From positions 44,393,177 through 44,457,176 of the forward strand of contig NC_068993.1 in the NCBI RefSeq assembly GCF_001194135.2: a stretch of DNA of 64,000 nucleotides, written 5' to 3'. Below, piece after piece: positions 1 to 14,479 of this stretch (the first letter of the stretch is position 1; every line of letters begins with the position of its first letter). The notes under the pieces are model-generated. The model ran no database searches and had not been told where the DNA came from. It saw nothing but the letters and a program-made list of their open reading frames with translations. Both the position numbers and the translations under genes were made by a program. The stretch is from Octopus bimaculoides (Eukaryota).

Positions 1-57
<57 letters not shown>

Positions 58-1316
58 GTTTGTATGTTTGGTTTGTGTCCCCACCATTGCTTGACAACTG
101 ATGTTGGTGTGTTTACATCCCTGTAACTTTTGGCAAAAAAAGTAATGGTTTGGCAAAAAGAGACTGATAGAATAAGTACTAGGCTTACAAAAATAAGTCC
201 TGGAGTCAATTTCTCCAACTGAAGGTTGATGGACCTCTTTCAGTTTCTATCAACTAAATCCACTCACAAAGCTTTCAGCACTCTGGAGCTGTAAAACAAA
301 AACTACTGACCCAAGGTGCCATACTGTGGGAATGAACTAAAAACCATGTGGTTGGGAAGTTAACTTCTTGCCCACACAGCTACACCTATGCCTAATACTG
401 TCTACAATCTCATTCTCCACCACCACCATCAGTAAATGACTCACATTTATTTCTTGTATATGCAATCTTCCAGCAGTATGGATCAATTTTAATGACAATA
501 AAACTGTTTCTTCTTCCTCCACCCCGACTACTACCACCTTATCCATTTCCTGCAGTTTTCAATATGAACATTGTATACCTAACTCATTAAAGATTCAGAC
601 CTGAGGTTGGGAATGTAAAACAATAATTATTGAACAAAGGTGGCTAACTAAAATTGATTGTCCAGCCTACTGGACAATAAGCGACCAAGTGATTCCATTC
701 TGTTTCTTAAAGAAGGAAGGATCCTTTGGGTCATGTAGCTACATTGTCTTAAAATTAAAAGAGGTGGGCAGGGACAGAATACCTTTCATCTTAGGTCTGA
801 GAGATTAGTTTCGACCAGGAACTAAGCAACAGCGAAAATCTTGGCACTAGACAGAATAAGACATATTGGTCATAGCTGGGATGTTGTTGATCATGAGTGT
901 GATTGGTCAAGATTGACCTGAGGGATTAAACAGCAACTAAACTGAATTAGAATCAATATATTGATTTATTGTCACAGAGCAATAAATTTACTCTCTTGCA
1001 CATCTTCCTTTTCTAGCTTCATGGAGAATATTCAAACAATGACAAATTGCCCGCTTAAAACTTTCACTCCCTGTGGAGTGTTGACCATTGGTGACTTTTC
1101 TCTAGGGTGGGTGGGGCACAATGAGGAGTTTTTACTGTCATTTCGGCTTACCTCTTTTTTTTTTATTGTTTCCGTCATATGACTGTAGCCATGCTGGGGC
1201 ACCACCTTAAAGAATTTTTAGTCAAATGTATTAACCCCAGTACTTATTTTTTATAAGCCTGGTACTTATTCTTGCTGTGAAGTGGTCTTTGCCACTGTTC
1301 TATCTGTCCTTTGACG

Positions 1317-2129
1317 ACAGTTGTTGCTCTGACAGATATTGTTATATTCTGAAGTCGTCAATAGAATGCTTCTATCTGGCACTGTACGATCCCCAGTCGT
1401 ACAGTGCTATTATCCTCAAAAGGTTGGATCGTTATAACGTCCACTCAGTATCACATATATCACCACAGACATGACTTATTAACACAGTTTTCATTAAGTC
1501 TGGATTGTGGTTGCACAGTCCAGCGTATCCTGAACGATTTCCCTGCAGAGTTGCTTCTGCTGTTCTGCCAACACTTTGAGAATGAATTTTGCTGACACTC
1601 TCCACATGCATAAATCATCCATTAAAATTGAACATTTTGCTTATTCCCTCTTCATGTGCAATTTCTTGGGTTGTTACATGATGGTCTTCTTTGACTATAC
1701 ACTAAACCTTCTTAATTGGCTCCTTGTCTTGGTTTTTGTAAATGGCCTGCCTGAGCATGCCTCACTCTCTGCTAAGGTGTGGCCATGTCTGAAGCTGATG
1801 TACTACTCCATGATCTGAGTTTTGCCCATGGCATTATCACCAAAGGCCATCTTCTGGATGGTTTGAGATTGTGCATCACCAAGCTTTTAGTAAAATTTGC
1901 TGCAATATCTCTGTTCAATGCATTTGGTGAAAAAAAAAAATCTGACTAACACCTACTACATATTTGTACTTTAGGTGTAACAGGTGGAAACTGATGCAGT
2001 TTACCAGTGTGAAAAATTTCATGCATGCACAGGAAGGGTGGCATCACTTCCCATCCAAAGGATTTTGCCCACACTCTATTAGATTTGGCAGGATAAAATA
2101 AAGTCAGATATTTTCGAATGCACCTCATA
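1317..2129 (-). mobile_element. Decayed mariner transposon
   Basis: Minus-strand fragments resemble the mariner N-terminus (EQRYC..KLGDAQSQTIQK..FGDNAMGKTQI..RHGHTLAESEACSGRP); TIR-like end ttttcgaatgcacctcata at ~2112-2129; same family as 44820-45348. Confidence 0.7.
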
Positions 2130-3673
2130 AACTTCCCTTTCATACGTCCCAAGTTACTGATGGTGGAAAAAATATGAAACATGTATTATATGATGCATGG
2201 GTGTCAAGGAAATATGACCTGTGCATTGCTTATGATACACAGGACAAGCAAAGGGTTAATTCCCTTGTATACATATTACTATGTAAAATGGAACTGCTTG
2301 AAATAATAAATATATGGAAACACATATCATTTGATGTGTTTGGTGGAGGAAGAGAATGTTCAACATTTTTCAACTTTGTCACAAAAGCCATTTATAATTT
2401 TCCAAAGAATATTGATGTTTTTAGCTTTGTATTTTTTGTGAGTTAATGAATTATTTATAAATTTGAATACATGTCTAAGTGAACTATTATTGTCAAATAA
2501 GTGCTGACAAATGGAATTCTGTATTATATCTTTTTAATTTATAGCTAGTTTATTTCTATTTTTATTTTTGTTGTGATTGGAGAAGTAAAGTCTCCTACTG
2601 TTGATGTAATACATCAGTTTGTTTCCATTATTTTCCAGTTTTGTATACTATATTATCTTTCCATTTTGAAGTCTTGGGTTTAGCAGGGGGCTGTTTCTTG
2701 ACATTAGCTATAGAGTAGACCAAGTCATTCAGTCTGTCAATATTCAGGTGGTCTGATATCATGAGCATATATTCCTGCAAGGCTGTTATATTTATTTATT
2801 CTTTCATACAGCTGTTAATCATTTGTAGTTTGAAATGTTTATTGATTTTGTGATGTTCTCTTCTATTTTCTTTTATGGTTTCAATCAAGTTGTCTTCAGT
2901 ATCAATTCTAATAGATCCGTGCCAGTGTGTGTTGTTCTATTTGTTGTTGGGTGAGGGGACTGAGGGGGTATTGTTATTGTACTGTATTTCCTTGTGTGTT
3001 TCCATGTTCTCTGCTTTTTGTGCTTCTAGCATTGTTTCTCTCTGTGTGTTTGTGATTTGCTGCACTGTACTGTATGTTTCTTGTGTGGACAGCTCTGTAA
3101 TAGTTTCGATCTGGTTTGAGTTCTTATTTATTGTGTGTGTAGTTGCCTATGCTGTGTTTTTTCTTTTTGTAGGATCCTCTGTATTTTGGTGGAAAAAGTA
3201 AGTTCTGTACAATTTTCATTTGCTTGTGGTCTATCATTTACTGTGGTTGAAAGTTCTCTTCTATTTTCCATGTGTGTTGTACCAACATATTTGTTTATTT
3301 CAATTTTGGATATTCTAGCCTCACAGAAAAGAAACTTTCACACATATCCTAATTTGTTTGCTGTTATATTTTTCTTACATCTTTTATCTTTTTCCTCTAT
3401 AGTTCATATTTCTCTTCTATGATGCTTGTATGTTTGGGGGTTGAGTGATGGTGTGCAGAATGCATACAACACTTCAAAATAGTCACCACCACTCCAGTAT
3501 TCACTTTTAATTTTGCTTTTTGTTTTGACTTTTGGAGCCACCTGCTTGGCTTAAATGTTTGAGCAAACACTGTCTCTGAGTTCCTTATATGAAGACAGTT
3601 TTTGAAACATGATTGCAAGAGGCTCAGAGATTGAAATTCACTTCAATTTTATTATTATTATTATTATTATTAT

Positions 3674-4035
3674 TTTGGTTTGGCACAAGTTTGGTCTTAT
3701 TCCTGGTAGGATTTATCTGGGTAGCAGGTTACTACCTGCAGCTTTAGGTATCCACAAGTTTTCAGCAGTCTTTCAAGTGCTTAGAACCCTCCTGATAATC
3801 CTTGCTGTCCCTAAGAAACTTTATGTAGGAGCTCTTCCAGGCATTCTATTTCAATCTCCTTCAGCCATTTGTCTACAGCTTTTCTTATTGTTCCCAACGT
3901 ACCAATTATTATAGGCATGATCTTTACTGTTCACATGCTTCAAAATCTTCCTATTTCAAATTTTAAGGCATTGTACTTTCTTTGTTTCTCTTCCTCTTTC
4001 TTTACAATCCTGGAATCAAATGGGCATGATGGATC
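3674..4035 (-). mobile_element. R4/Dong-like non-LTR retrotransposon 3' fragment
   Basis: Minus strand reads TVKIMPIIIGTLGTIRKAVDKWLKEIEIECLEEL..LGTARIIRRVLST; 3' end abuts (ATT)n at 3648-3673. Confidence 0.65.
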
Positions 4036-4076
4036 GATAAGTAAGCAACTCTACTTTTCCTGATCTATGATTGTTA

Positions 4077-4129
<53 letters not shown>

Positions 4130-4130
4130 G

Positions 4131-4405
4131 TGCCGGTGGCACGTAAAAGCACTCACTACACTCTCTGAGTGGTTGGCGTTAGGAAGGGCATCCAGCTGTA
4201 GAAACTCTGCCAAATCAGATTGGAGCCTGGTGTAGCCATCTGGTTCACCAGTCCTCAGTCAAATCGNNNNNNNNNNAGGGCATCCAGCTGTAGAAACTCT
4301 GCCAAATCAGATTGGAGCCTGGTGTAGCCATCTGGTTCACCAGTCCTCAGTCAAATCGTCCAACCCATGCTAGCATGGAAAGCGGACGTTAAACGATGAT
4401 GATGA
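4131..4405 (+). mobile_element. RTE-type LINE 3' tail ending in (GAT)n, inside an (ATT)n tract
   Basis: Tail gagtggttggcgttaggaagggcatccagctgtagaaa..aaacgatgatgatga, also found after the RTE ORF at 58080-58133; internal duplication across a 10-N gap. Confidence 0.7.
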
Positions 4406-4411
4406 ATATTA

Positions 4412-4467
<56 letters not shown>

Positions 4468-5314
4468 TTCTTAGGGCAGTAGATTGGTAGCATTATTAGA
4501 ATATTTTATGTTCAAATTCCACTGAGGTCCACTCTAGTTTTCATTCTTCTAAGGTTGGAAGACAACAAAATATCAGTCAAGTACTGGAACTCAATGCAAT
4601 CGCTTACCCCCCACCCCCACCCCTACCCATACACTCTCCTCAATATTGCTGACCTTGTGCCTATATCAGAAACAATTAATTGCTATTCTAAATCCAGCAA
4701 AGTTTTGTAATATGTCATGTATTACTATCAAACATCAATCAAGTCAGAAAGAGAGAAAGAATGAGACAGACAGACAAACAGACAGAGACAGAGAAAGGGA
4801 GAGAAACAAAAGGGGAGGGAGAGAGAAACAAAAGGGAATAGAGAGGAAGAAAGAGAAGGAAAGAAAGGGAGAGAGGGAATGACAGAGGGAGTGAGTGAGA
4901 CATTGACCTTGTAATAACGTTCATCAACCAGACGTTACAAAATTCAAAACAATTGTTTTCAGTTTGGTTTGTATACTTGTCTGCTCTTTGTTTCTTATGA
5001 GCTGTTTGGATTAAACATGCAGATCGCATTACCTATTGAGGAATCAAACTATCACCCAATGACTAGTAATACTTTTTATTTTTTTGCTTGCTTCAGTTAT
5101 TGGACCATGGCCATGCTGGGGCACCACCTTGAAGGGGTTTGAATCAATGAAATTAACACCAGAACTTATTTTTTAAGTTTGCTATTTATTCCTTTTGTCC
5201 CTTTTGCTAAGCCATTAAATTACAGTGATGTAAACAAACCAACTTTGGTTGTTGAGCAGTTGTGGATGGAAAACACTAACAAGACTATACATGCACACAT
5301 ATAGATGTGTGTGA

Positions 5315-5352
<38 letters not shown>

Positions 5353-5756
5353 NNNNNNNNNNCTGGGCAGTTAGGTGATACAAAAATGGGACAACAAAAC
5401 ATCCAGATAGACGATACCAAGAAAACAAGGGCGGGTCATTTGAAGTTTTCTTTCCTCAGTCAAGTACCAGGTTATCTTCGCAATTTCAGCTGATTATACT
5501 CAAGATTACTCCAATCTGGCCAGCCCCAAGGAAAAACTAAGCTAAGACCATTAGATTCCTTGGAAGAAAGCAGCAAATGTATACAAAAACAAGGACGGAA
5601 AAAAACGGACAATGTTACACAAATACAATAAAAATAATAAAACAGGACATAACAACGGAAGTCTTTTGACTAAGGATGAATTAAATTAAGCTGGCATATG
5701 TGGAAATAAAGCCTTACGGCAGGGATGCAAGATTTCACAGGCACAGGGAGGAATAT

Positions 5757-5801
<45 letters not shown>

Positions 5802-5806
<5 letters not shown>

Positions 5807-5890
5807 GTACACAATCCTTTATCTGGAACCCTTGGGGACAGTTGTGTTCTGAATTTCAGATTTTTGGGGATTTCAGAATAAAAACTGGCT
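5802..5890 (+). mobile_element. Tigger/pogo-like DNA transposon end
   Basis: TA-CAGGTACACAATCCTTTATCTGGAACCCTTGGGGACAGTTGTGTTCTGAATTTCAGATTTT resembles recalled Tigger-type termini; no partner end seen. Confidence 0.4.
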
Positions 5891-6088
5891 GCCCCAGATA
5901 GTAAACTAAACATCAAAACAGACGTCCTACTATGATAGCAAAAGCACATTTATACATGGTGGTACCCAAAGGAAACCAGAACTTTGCAATAATTTTATTC
6001 ACTTAGTTTTATATGTTTACACTTTTATCACCTTCAAAGTGTTCTCCATTTGAAGCAATGCTTCCTTCGCTTTTTCTCACTGTTAACC

Positions 6089-6137
<49 letters not shown>

Positions 6138-6449
6138 CACGCACACACATATATGTGTGATGAGCTTCCATCCAGCTCCATCTGCCAAATTCACTCACAA
6201 GGTTTTTGTTGGCCTAGGGCTGAATGCAAAATCATGCAGTTGGGAAGCAAACTTCTTAAGAATAAAACCAACCTGTGCCTATGTTGATTTATTTCCAAGA
6301 TAAATAGCTTTGGCTCAAGAGCTTATCTCTTCTAACCTATGTCTCTAGTTGTTTAATCTGCCTAACAACCTCCAAAACATGTTGGTGGGGGAAGCAAAGT
6401 GTCAATGACTAACCATGCAAGCATGTGAAATTGGACGTCAAAACGATGA

Positions 6450-6480
<31 letters not shown>

Positions 6481-8714
6481 GACGATGACGATGACGACGA
6501 CGATGATAACTTCTCAATCCTCTAACGGCATTGCTAATGAAAGGACTTAAACAGCTCCACCACTTAGTCATGGTCAGACATGAGAACAGTGATGATAATG
6601 ATGATGACAACGATGACGATGATGACAACGATGATGACAATGATGAGAATGATAACATTAATAATCAGTTGTAGTTTTCCATATTTCTTACAAAGGATGT
6701 TTTACACATCTCCTAATGCTCCCATTTTGTTTTTCAATACAGGAAATAACCACCACAAGGTCTAGTCCTTGTTGAAATGTGGTAGCTTATGTGCCTCAGT
6801 GACCCAGAGAACTATGCAAGTAGAGTGCAAGCCCCCAATAAAGCCTCCCATGCAAAGCAAGTTCAAAGGATAGAGGCCAGGCTAATATGGACCAGCTGTT
6901 CCAAGAGATTAAAGTGGGTTTGTGTTGGTCCAGGACCCCAAACTAGAAAAAAGCAAAATTCTAGGAGCATTGATAACAATTCACAACTAATAAGACCTAA
7001 GGAGGCAGAGATAAAGTCACGGGGACCAAACAGGAAAAAAGCAGAAAAGACAGATCAGAGTCAAGAACAGTAGGAAAAAGGTGTTGATGCTCAATGCTCC
7101 AAAGGAATGGAAGGGCTGAACCCTTTAGCATTCAAATTATGCTGTTAGATGTTATACTTATTTATTGAAATGGTCTTGTAGCTTTGATAATTCAGTGTAG
7201 TGATTGTTCACTTTTTAGAATGACATTGTAGGGTAGGTGTGAGAAGCCAGACCTGGCCAGTTTTGACATAAAACAGGGATGAGTTTTGGCTGGAAATGGT
7301 CAGTTTAAATGCTAAAGGGTCAAATCAGTAAGTACAGGATATAAGCCTGTATGTAACCTTTGCAAGTTATAATACAATATTACATCATAACATGTCAACA
7401 GCGACATACTGCTGCATCACGCCATATGGCTGTGACCATACAACCACCATCACCTCTACCACCTACACCTCTACACTCTCTACTATTACCACCACCACTA
7501 CTACCATACCATCGACATCACCATTGTTACTTCCTCCACCACCACCATCAAATCATACTACACCACTTCTACAACACTACCACACCATCTGTACCATCAC
7601 ACACACATATACTTATTATCCCACAACCACACCACCAGCACCACCACCACCTCGTCCACCTCAGTTTTCTGTTGTTAAAAAAAAAAAAACTATTCTTTGT
7701 CAAAATAAACTTCTTGTTATTAAAAAGACTGTCATGCTGTTTTCTGTTCAATTTTGAACATATTTTGAAGATATTTGGTTCAAAGTTCAGATCCTATGTT
7801 TTGGTACATGTGACATTACTTTCTGCCAGGCCTTCCCCAACTCTTTTCAGCCACCCACTCACAGCTCAAAGTTGGCTGTGATTTAGTCATTATACTTCAC
7901 ATTTTATGTCATGTAAGTACCTTTTCCATTTCCCCTTTTCTTTTTACATACACATAATTTTCTCATATCAAGTTAATTTCAAGACTTGTTTGTTCTTGTC
8001 ATTCATCTTTTTTAAAAATGAAATGATATAATTTATATTAACAGTAACAAGTTGTAAGCAGGTATGACTGTATTGTTAAGAAGTTAAGTGGATTTTCTTT
8101 GTAACTCCCATGGTTTTAGGTGTTAATCTTACTGTGTGATACCTTGGGCAAAGTTTTTTGCTGTAATCTCAAATGAATTGAACTATATTTTACTAAGTGA
8201 ATTGTGGCAGATAAAAACCTCGTTATGTATGTATGTATGTATGTATGCATGTATGCATGTATGCATGTATGTATGTATGTATATATGTATGTATGTATGT
8301 ACATACACATGTGTATGTATGTGTATATATTGTGTACTTGTGTCTGAGTGTATGTGCATATGAATGTGTGAGTGTTTGTGTGTATTAATGTGTGTATGTA
8401 TGTGCATATGTATGTGTGGATGTGTGGATGTGTGGATGTATGCGTGTATATGCATATATATATATATGTGTATGCATATATGTGTACCAGTATAAATAAT
8501 ACACCAAGAAATTTTTATATCAAGAAATCTAAAATTTAACCATTCAATGAATATAAATTAATGAAATAATCTATCAGAATGCAACATGTAGCAGGACTGA
8601 CATGGAAGCTAAAACTCTTGAAATTGGGGCTCAAGTATGGCAATAGCCTCAATATTGAAATCAATAAAAGGAACTAAAAGGAACAAAAGAATAATAATTA
8701 CAGACTATTAAATG

Positions 8715-8960
8715 ACTATACAACACTAAATGACTATAAATACACCCAAATGACTATATACACAACACTAAATGACCATAAATACACCCAAATGACTATA
8801 TATACAACACTAAATGACCATAAATACACCCAAATGTCTATATATACACAACACTAAATGACTATAATTACAATGCCAAATAACCAAATGCATACCTAAA
8901 TGACTATATATAACTTAATGATGTAAAAATACTCACCTGAATGACTATATACAACCCAGA
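8715..8960. repeat. Minisatellite, ~41-bp unit built from aaatgac(t/c)ata subunits
   Basis: caacactaaatgac(t/c)ataaatacacccaaatg(a/t)ctatata repeated about 3 times with decayed flanking units. Confidence 0.85.
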
Positions 8961-9149
8961 ATCACCACATATATATAACTAAATGCCGGATAGGTGCAGG
9001 TATGGCTGTGTCATTAAGAAACTTGCTTTGCAACTAGGCTTTGAGGTTCAATCCCACTACACAACACCTTGGGTAAAGGTCTTCTATTGTAGCCCTTGTG
9101 AGCGGATTTGGTAGGCAGAAGCCATCTACAGATATACATACAAACATCA

Positions 9150-9202
<53 letters not shown>

Positions 9203-9744
9203 ATCATCATCATTTAATGTCCATTTTCCATGCAGGCATGGGTTAGACTGTTTGACCAGAGCTGGTAAGCCAGTGGGCTGCAGCAGGCTCCAGTTGTCTA
9301 TTTTCATTATATGGCTGGATGCCCTTCCTAATGCCAGCCACTCCACAGACTGTACCAGGTGTCTTTTATGTGCCACCAGCATAGGTGCCCCTTATGTGTC
9401 ACCAGCATGTAAATGTCAGTCTTTAAGGTAGTGCTTATCGTGGCTATGAATTGTTTTGACTCTTATGACTAGCACTCTTAGTTGCTTTAGTGACATATAT
9501 ATTTTTGTCTTTCAGCTGAAAAATTGCTAACAAGCCACCCTTATTATTTATATATATAGACATAGTCTGATCAATAAGTACTTGGGACTGTTGCCATAGT
9601 AACAAGGCTAAAGCATGCTGAGTGAAAACACTTAGCACAGATTGACCTTGAACTCTGCTAAGCACATGCACTAAGTTTTAACGTTCTAGCTCACTTTTGC
9701 TGTTTACAGCAGTGCTTGGAAGGAAGGGGTGTAGCATGTAATTG

Positions 9745-10020
9745 TCGCATTGACCATAACAGAGAAAGTCGAGCAGAGAATCTGCATCAAATTTTGCCAA
9801 AAGCTTGCCGATACCTGCTCTTGTGCAATTGAAACCCGAGTGTCTTTTTGGTCAGCTGAAAGCAGTTTTGGCACAAACTTGGCAGGCACACATCTGATAT
9901 CCAAATCTTCAGTGATAATGAACTGAACTGAACCGTAACTAGTCTGCACATCCTCTGATAATTCACTGATAGTAATTCGATGATTTCCCCTCACAGCTGC
10001 TTGCATATCTACGATGTTTC
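9745..10020. mobile_element. Rearranged mariner relic
   Basis: + strand TEKVEQRICIKFCQKLADTCS (~9760-9820) joined to minus-strand NHRITISELSEDVQTSYGSVQFIITEDLDIRCVPAKFVPKLLSADQK. Confidence 0.75.
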
Positions 10021-12656
10021 TCAGTTCTCAATGTCCCCTCTCCCATTCTCTTTTGCCTTATTCTTCTCCTCCTTCTCCCTCACACACGCATGTGCACATA
10101 TGATCCAGCAACCCTTTCGTCATCTCCATCTGGTTGACTGAAGTCGCCATTGTTTAGTGACAAAGACAACAGAAAATTGTTCCACACCAAGATGGAAATT
10201 CTCAAGAGAAGACTTCTTTACTGGTAATGGAAATTTTCCCCCTAATTCTATATTGCTATATAAAGTACATTGTCACCAACTGGTGAATAAAGCAAACTGA
10301 CAGTGGCAGTGAGAACAAATTGAATTGTAATTGCTCACTTTTCTAGTGAACTTAATATCTGTTTCCAGTGTCAAGAAATGATAATGTGAAATGCAATAGT
10401 AGACTTTTCCTCTAAATTTTTATTGATTTTCTTCTTTTTTTTCAGAATTAAACTCTCAGATCAGACTGACAATTCCTCCCACCTCTCTTTCTCTATCAAT
10501 TTATTTATCTATCTATCTATTTCTCTCTCTCTTTCTCTCTCTCTCTCTATCTATCTCTCTCTCTCTCTCTCTTGAGAATCTATCAATATTCACCTTTAAC
10601 ATTAAAAACTTCATGTTGTCATTTAACTGGCAATCCACCATAATACTCCACATGCTGTTATTACAGTATATTTTATTCTAATTACAGCTTCCTCTTATTT
10701 AACTGTTATCACACTCTGTGATTAAAATATTTCAATATTTTTATATTTTGACAATAACCTTCTTGTTCATAACTATAACTTTTTAAATATTTCCTTTATC
10801 ATAATCTATTGTTGTTGTATAATATCTATTTATCAACAAGTGATAGTTTGTAGAGTATTGATACATATAGCAGAAACAGCTGTAAGCTAATGAAGTTAAT
10901 TACATAATTCCTATTCCCTTGTCACTTATCTAATTTCATATTATGCTCTGTACTTGTTGAATACTTTACTCTGAAGCATATGTATATTGGAAGGGCAGGT
11001 ATTTGTACAACAAAGATAGCTACAAGTATATCAAATACTATATCACATAAATTCTTGATTTATTAAAATCATCTCAGCCTCTAGAGGATGTTTCATAATT
11101 ACCAATAGGCAATTAAGACCAACTCTGCTTGAGAAAGGGAGATAATCTCAAGATACAAGATTTCTCTAAAACTGACATTCCAGGGAGGAAAAGGACAGGC
11201 TTATTATCTGAAGATAAGAGGACAATCTTATCTCCAAATAAGTTTCCTTAGCTACAAGAGATCTTATCTCCTGTAACCAAGGAACTTATACTTCCTCTAG
11301 AGGTGGAAATCTATAATAATAAATGTGAAGTTCTGTCTGTCTGGGATCCCTGTATCTCAGTCTACATTTGCTCTACATAGACCTATTATGCCATTTTGGA
11401 ATCAGGATGATCCCAGGATTGAAAATCTGCCCTTCGTTTGGTTCTTGAACATCCAGCATTGAGATTTGATTTAAAAGCATTTGGGTTGCGATTTCTAGCA
11501 GGTAAAGCTTGGCTGATTCATGCCATCCTGGTTGGCATTCGTCAGATGGCATTAGAGATCAAAAGAGAGATAAATGACTTTCGCTTTATTAATTATATGT
11601 CAAGATAAGAACTTTGGGACAAATTGGCCAACAGTTAGAATTCAAAACGGGACTGGAACAATAGAATAATTGCATTACAGAATTAATTCTCATCAGTCCT
11701 TAACCTTTGATCAAACACCACTAAGGCATATAGTCATTATAGAAGTATTATAGTTATGCTATTTAGCTCTCCTTAATTTTGGGCTGCAGGCCCAGTTAGC
11801 CCTCCACAGGAGCTAGCTTAAAAGTCTGCACGCAATGCGGCTTTTAAACTAGTAATTTTAATAAATCAAGCATTTGTATTGAATAGTATTTTATATTTAT
11901 ATATTTACCTATTTCCACAGTTAGATGAACTTGGCTCCATTTATGTTTAAATATTCTGACCACAGACAACACATTTGCCAACTCTTTCAATCTGTTATCT
12001 AGTTGTCATTCACCCTAGCTCCTTGACTGAAATTAATGGTTATTCAATTCAATGAAATATTTTATCAACTAAGAGAGAGAGAGAGAAGGTTGTAAATCAA
12101 TAGGGTTATCTTTTTTATTGTTTTATTTATTTGATCTGGTACATGTACTGGAGTTTCCCCACCAACCCTTTTTCTTTCTGCAGAGTATTGGATTTTATTT
12201 GTTTTCGTTTTTATCATTGGCATGTGTTAGACAGTGGTAAAATAGAAAACAGGTTCGTTATGGAAAAACAATTGATTGAGATTTGCTCCTCTTGCATACA
12301 TATGTGCATACTGTTATGATGTTCTTTAGCACCGACTCAACCCTGATCAGGTAGATCTATAAACAATTGTTACCATCCTTCTTCTTTTTTTTTTAAATAG
12401 GTATAATACATCAAGGACTACATAGCCTTCTTTTTTTATGAATACCCAATTACACATCTTTTTCAAGCAAGGTTTGGCTGCTATTTTTTGCAGATTGAGC
12501 AATTATATCAAGTCTCATACCTTGACTATTTTAGTTGTTTGATTGAAGTTTTTTTTAATAGTTATTTTTGTTGCCTTTTCTTAATTACTGGCAGCTGGTA
12601 GAATCATTAAATACAACTGATGTTTATCGGGAAAAAATCAAGATATGTTCCTCTGG

Positions 12657-12687
<31 letters not shown>

Positions 12688-13504
12688 TGTCGTTGTTGCT
12701 GTTGTTGCTGGCAGTGGTGGTGGTGGTTATGATAATAGTGGTGGTAGTAGTGACAGTGGCAGTTGTGGCGATGGTGGTGATGGCAGCAACAGTGGCCACA
12801 GCAGCAGTGGTGGTGGCAGTGGCAGTAGTGGTAGTGGTGGTGATTTGTGTGTTGGTTATGTTACTCTTGTTATTGCTTGCAGCAAGTGTTACTGCTGTTG
12901 CTGCTACTGCTGTTGCTTTGTTCATGCTGCTGTTTAACCCAAGACAGACCTGGCATTCCAGCTGTGAACATGATTACCGTCTTCCTAGGAAATACATTAT
13001 CCAGTACGTCCTTCTTCTTTTTAAGACAGCAGGATGTGATTTGAGGGAAATCTGGCTGTTGTTTTTACAGGTCAGTAATCATGTAGAGGTAACCTCAAGG
13101 TAGATATAAATCATTATAACAAGGTGAAAATATAAAACAGGTAAATGACTTACAGTTCAAATGATACTTTATTCTTTGTCTAAAAATTTTGTAATATTTT
13201 GACTCACAGACAGATTCATAAAATGTAACCAGACAGACAGACAGCTACACACACACAGACACACAGACACACACACACATGCACACATACACATGCACAC
13301 ACACATGCATGTATTCACACACACACACATACATATACATGAATGCTTGCATGCACATGCACATGTAGATGTACATGTGTGCACACATGTAGATGTACAT
13401 GTGTGCACACATGCACATGCCCATGCACATGCCCATGCACATGCGCACACGTGTACACATACACACATAATGCACAACAGTAAAGTGGTATGCAATCATA
13501 CATA

Positions 13505-13930
13505 GAGGTGCAGGCATGACTGTGTGGGTAAGAAGCTTGCTTTGCAACCACATGCTTTTGAGTTCAATCCCACTGTGCAACAACTTGGACAAGTCTTCTA
13601 CTATAGCCCTGAGACAACAAAAGCCTTGTGAGTGAATTTAGTAGATGGAAACTGTGTGGAAACTCATTGCAAGTGTGTGTATATGTATGTATGCATGGAT
13701 GGATGGATGGATGGATATGTGTGTATGTATGTTTGTGTTTATCTCCCTACCACCACTTGACAATCAGTGTTGATTGGCTTATGTTTCTGTAACTTGGCAG
13801 TTCAGAAAAAGAGACTGATAGAATAAGTACCAAAATTAAAAATAAGTACTGGGGTCAATATGTTCAACTAAACCCTTCAAGGCCATGCTCCAACTTGACC
13901 ACACAGTCCAGGGATTGAAACTAGTAAAAG
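13505..13930 (+). mobile_element. tRNA-derived CORE-type SINE, older full-length copy
   Basis: Collinear with the 48466-48859 copy: head, cttgg(g/a)caagt block, internal microsatellite and aataagtac tail. Confidence 0.8.
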
Positions 13931-14046
13931 ATTTAAATAATTTAACAGAAAGATTCATCCACACACGTGTGTACGCACCAGTAAAGAATTATACAATCAT
14001 ACACACACATATAGAATATGAAATTACATATCTACTCATACATTGC

Positions 14047-14479
14047 ATGAAGTGGGTGCTGTAAAGTTCCTGGCTTTGAGTTAAAAAAGATACAGGAGGA
14101 TCAGTTAATGATTTCATTCGCCATATTCCCCTTTCAGATTCAGACGTGTTGCGGTGACTCTAGGACATTTATCCCCCATGCGCAATAACCCCACAAGGAG
14201 ACAATTACCCCTGAGGACAACAGATGATGATTTAAAACTTCATTATATATTGGAGGGGGTGTAATTGTCCTAAGGGGGTAGTTGTCGTCGGGGAAAATTG
14301 TTCTATGGTGGGGTAATTGTTCTATGGTGGGGTAATTGTCCTGGGGGTAATTGCCCTGATACGATTGCAGTGGTCCTTCAGTTTTTCTAAGCCTTGTAAA
14401 AGAACTTGGGGGGTTACACCTCTAACCAGGCCTTTCATGATACCCTTAAAGCCAGGAACTTTTCAGCACCCCCTCTTAT
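14047..14479. mobile_element. Mariner-derived MITE carrying a nested insertion
   Basis: TIRs gggtgctgtaaagttcctggcttt (14054-77) and aaagccaggaacttttcagcaccc (14448-71); the sister copy at 24618-24913 lacks segment 14145-14363. Confidence 0.85.
14145..14363. mobile_element. Putative MITE built from inverted GGACAATTACCCC / GGGGTAATTGTCC motifs
   Basis: Several ggacaattacccc-like units on the left, ggggtaattgt(t/c)c units on the right; ends cgtgtt..gatacg. Confidence 0.6.

Noticed and set aside
13071-13099. Isolated AG..GT candidate exons (also acceptor-like sites at 10445 and 31515)
   Set aside because: No recognisable coding content or compatible partners; cannot be judged without RNA data.
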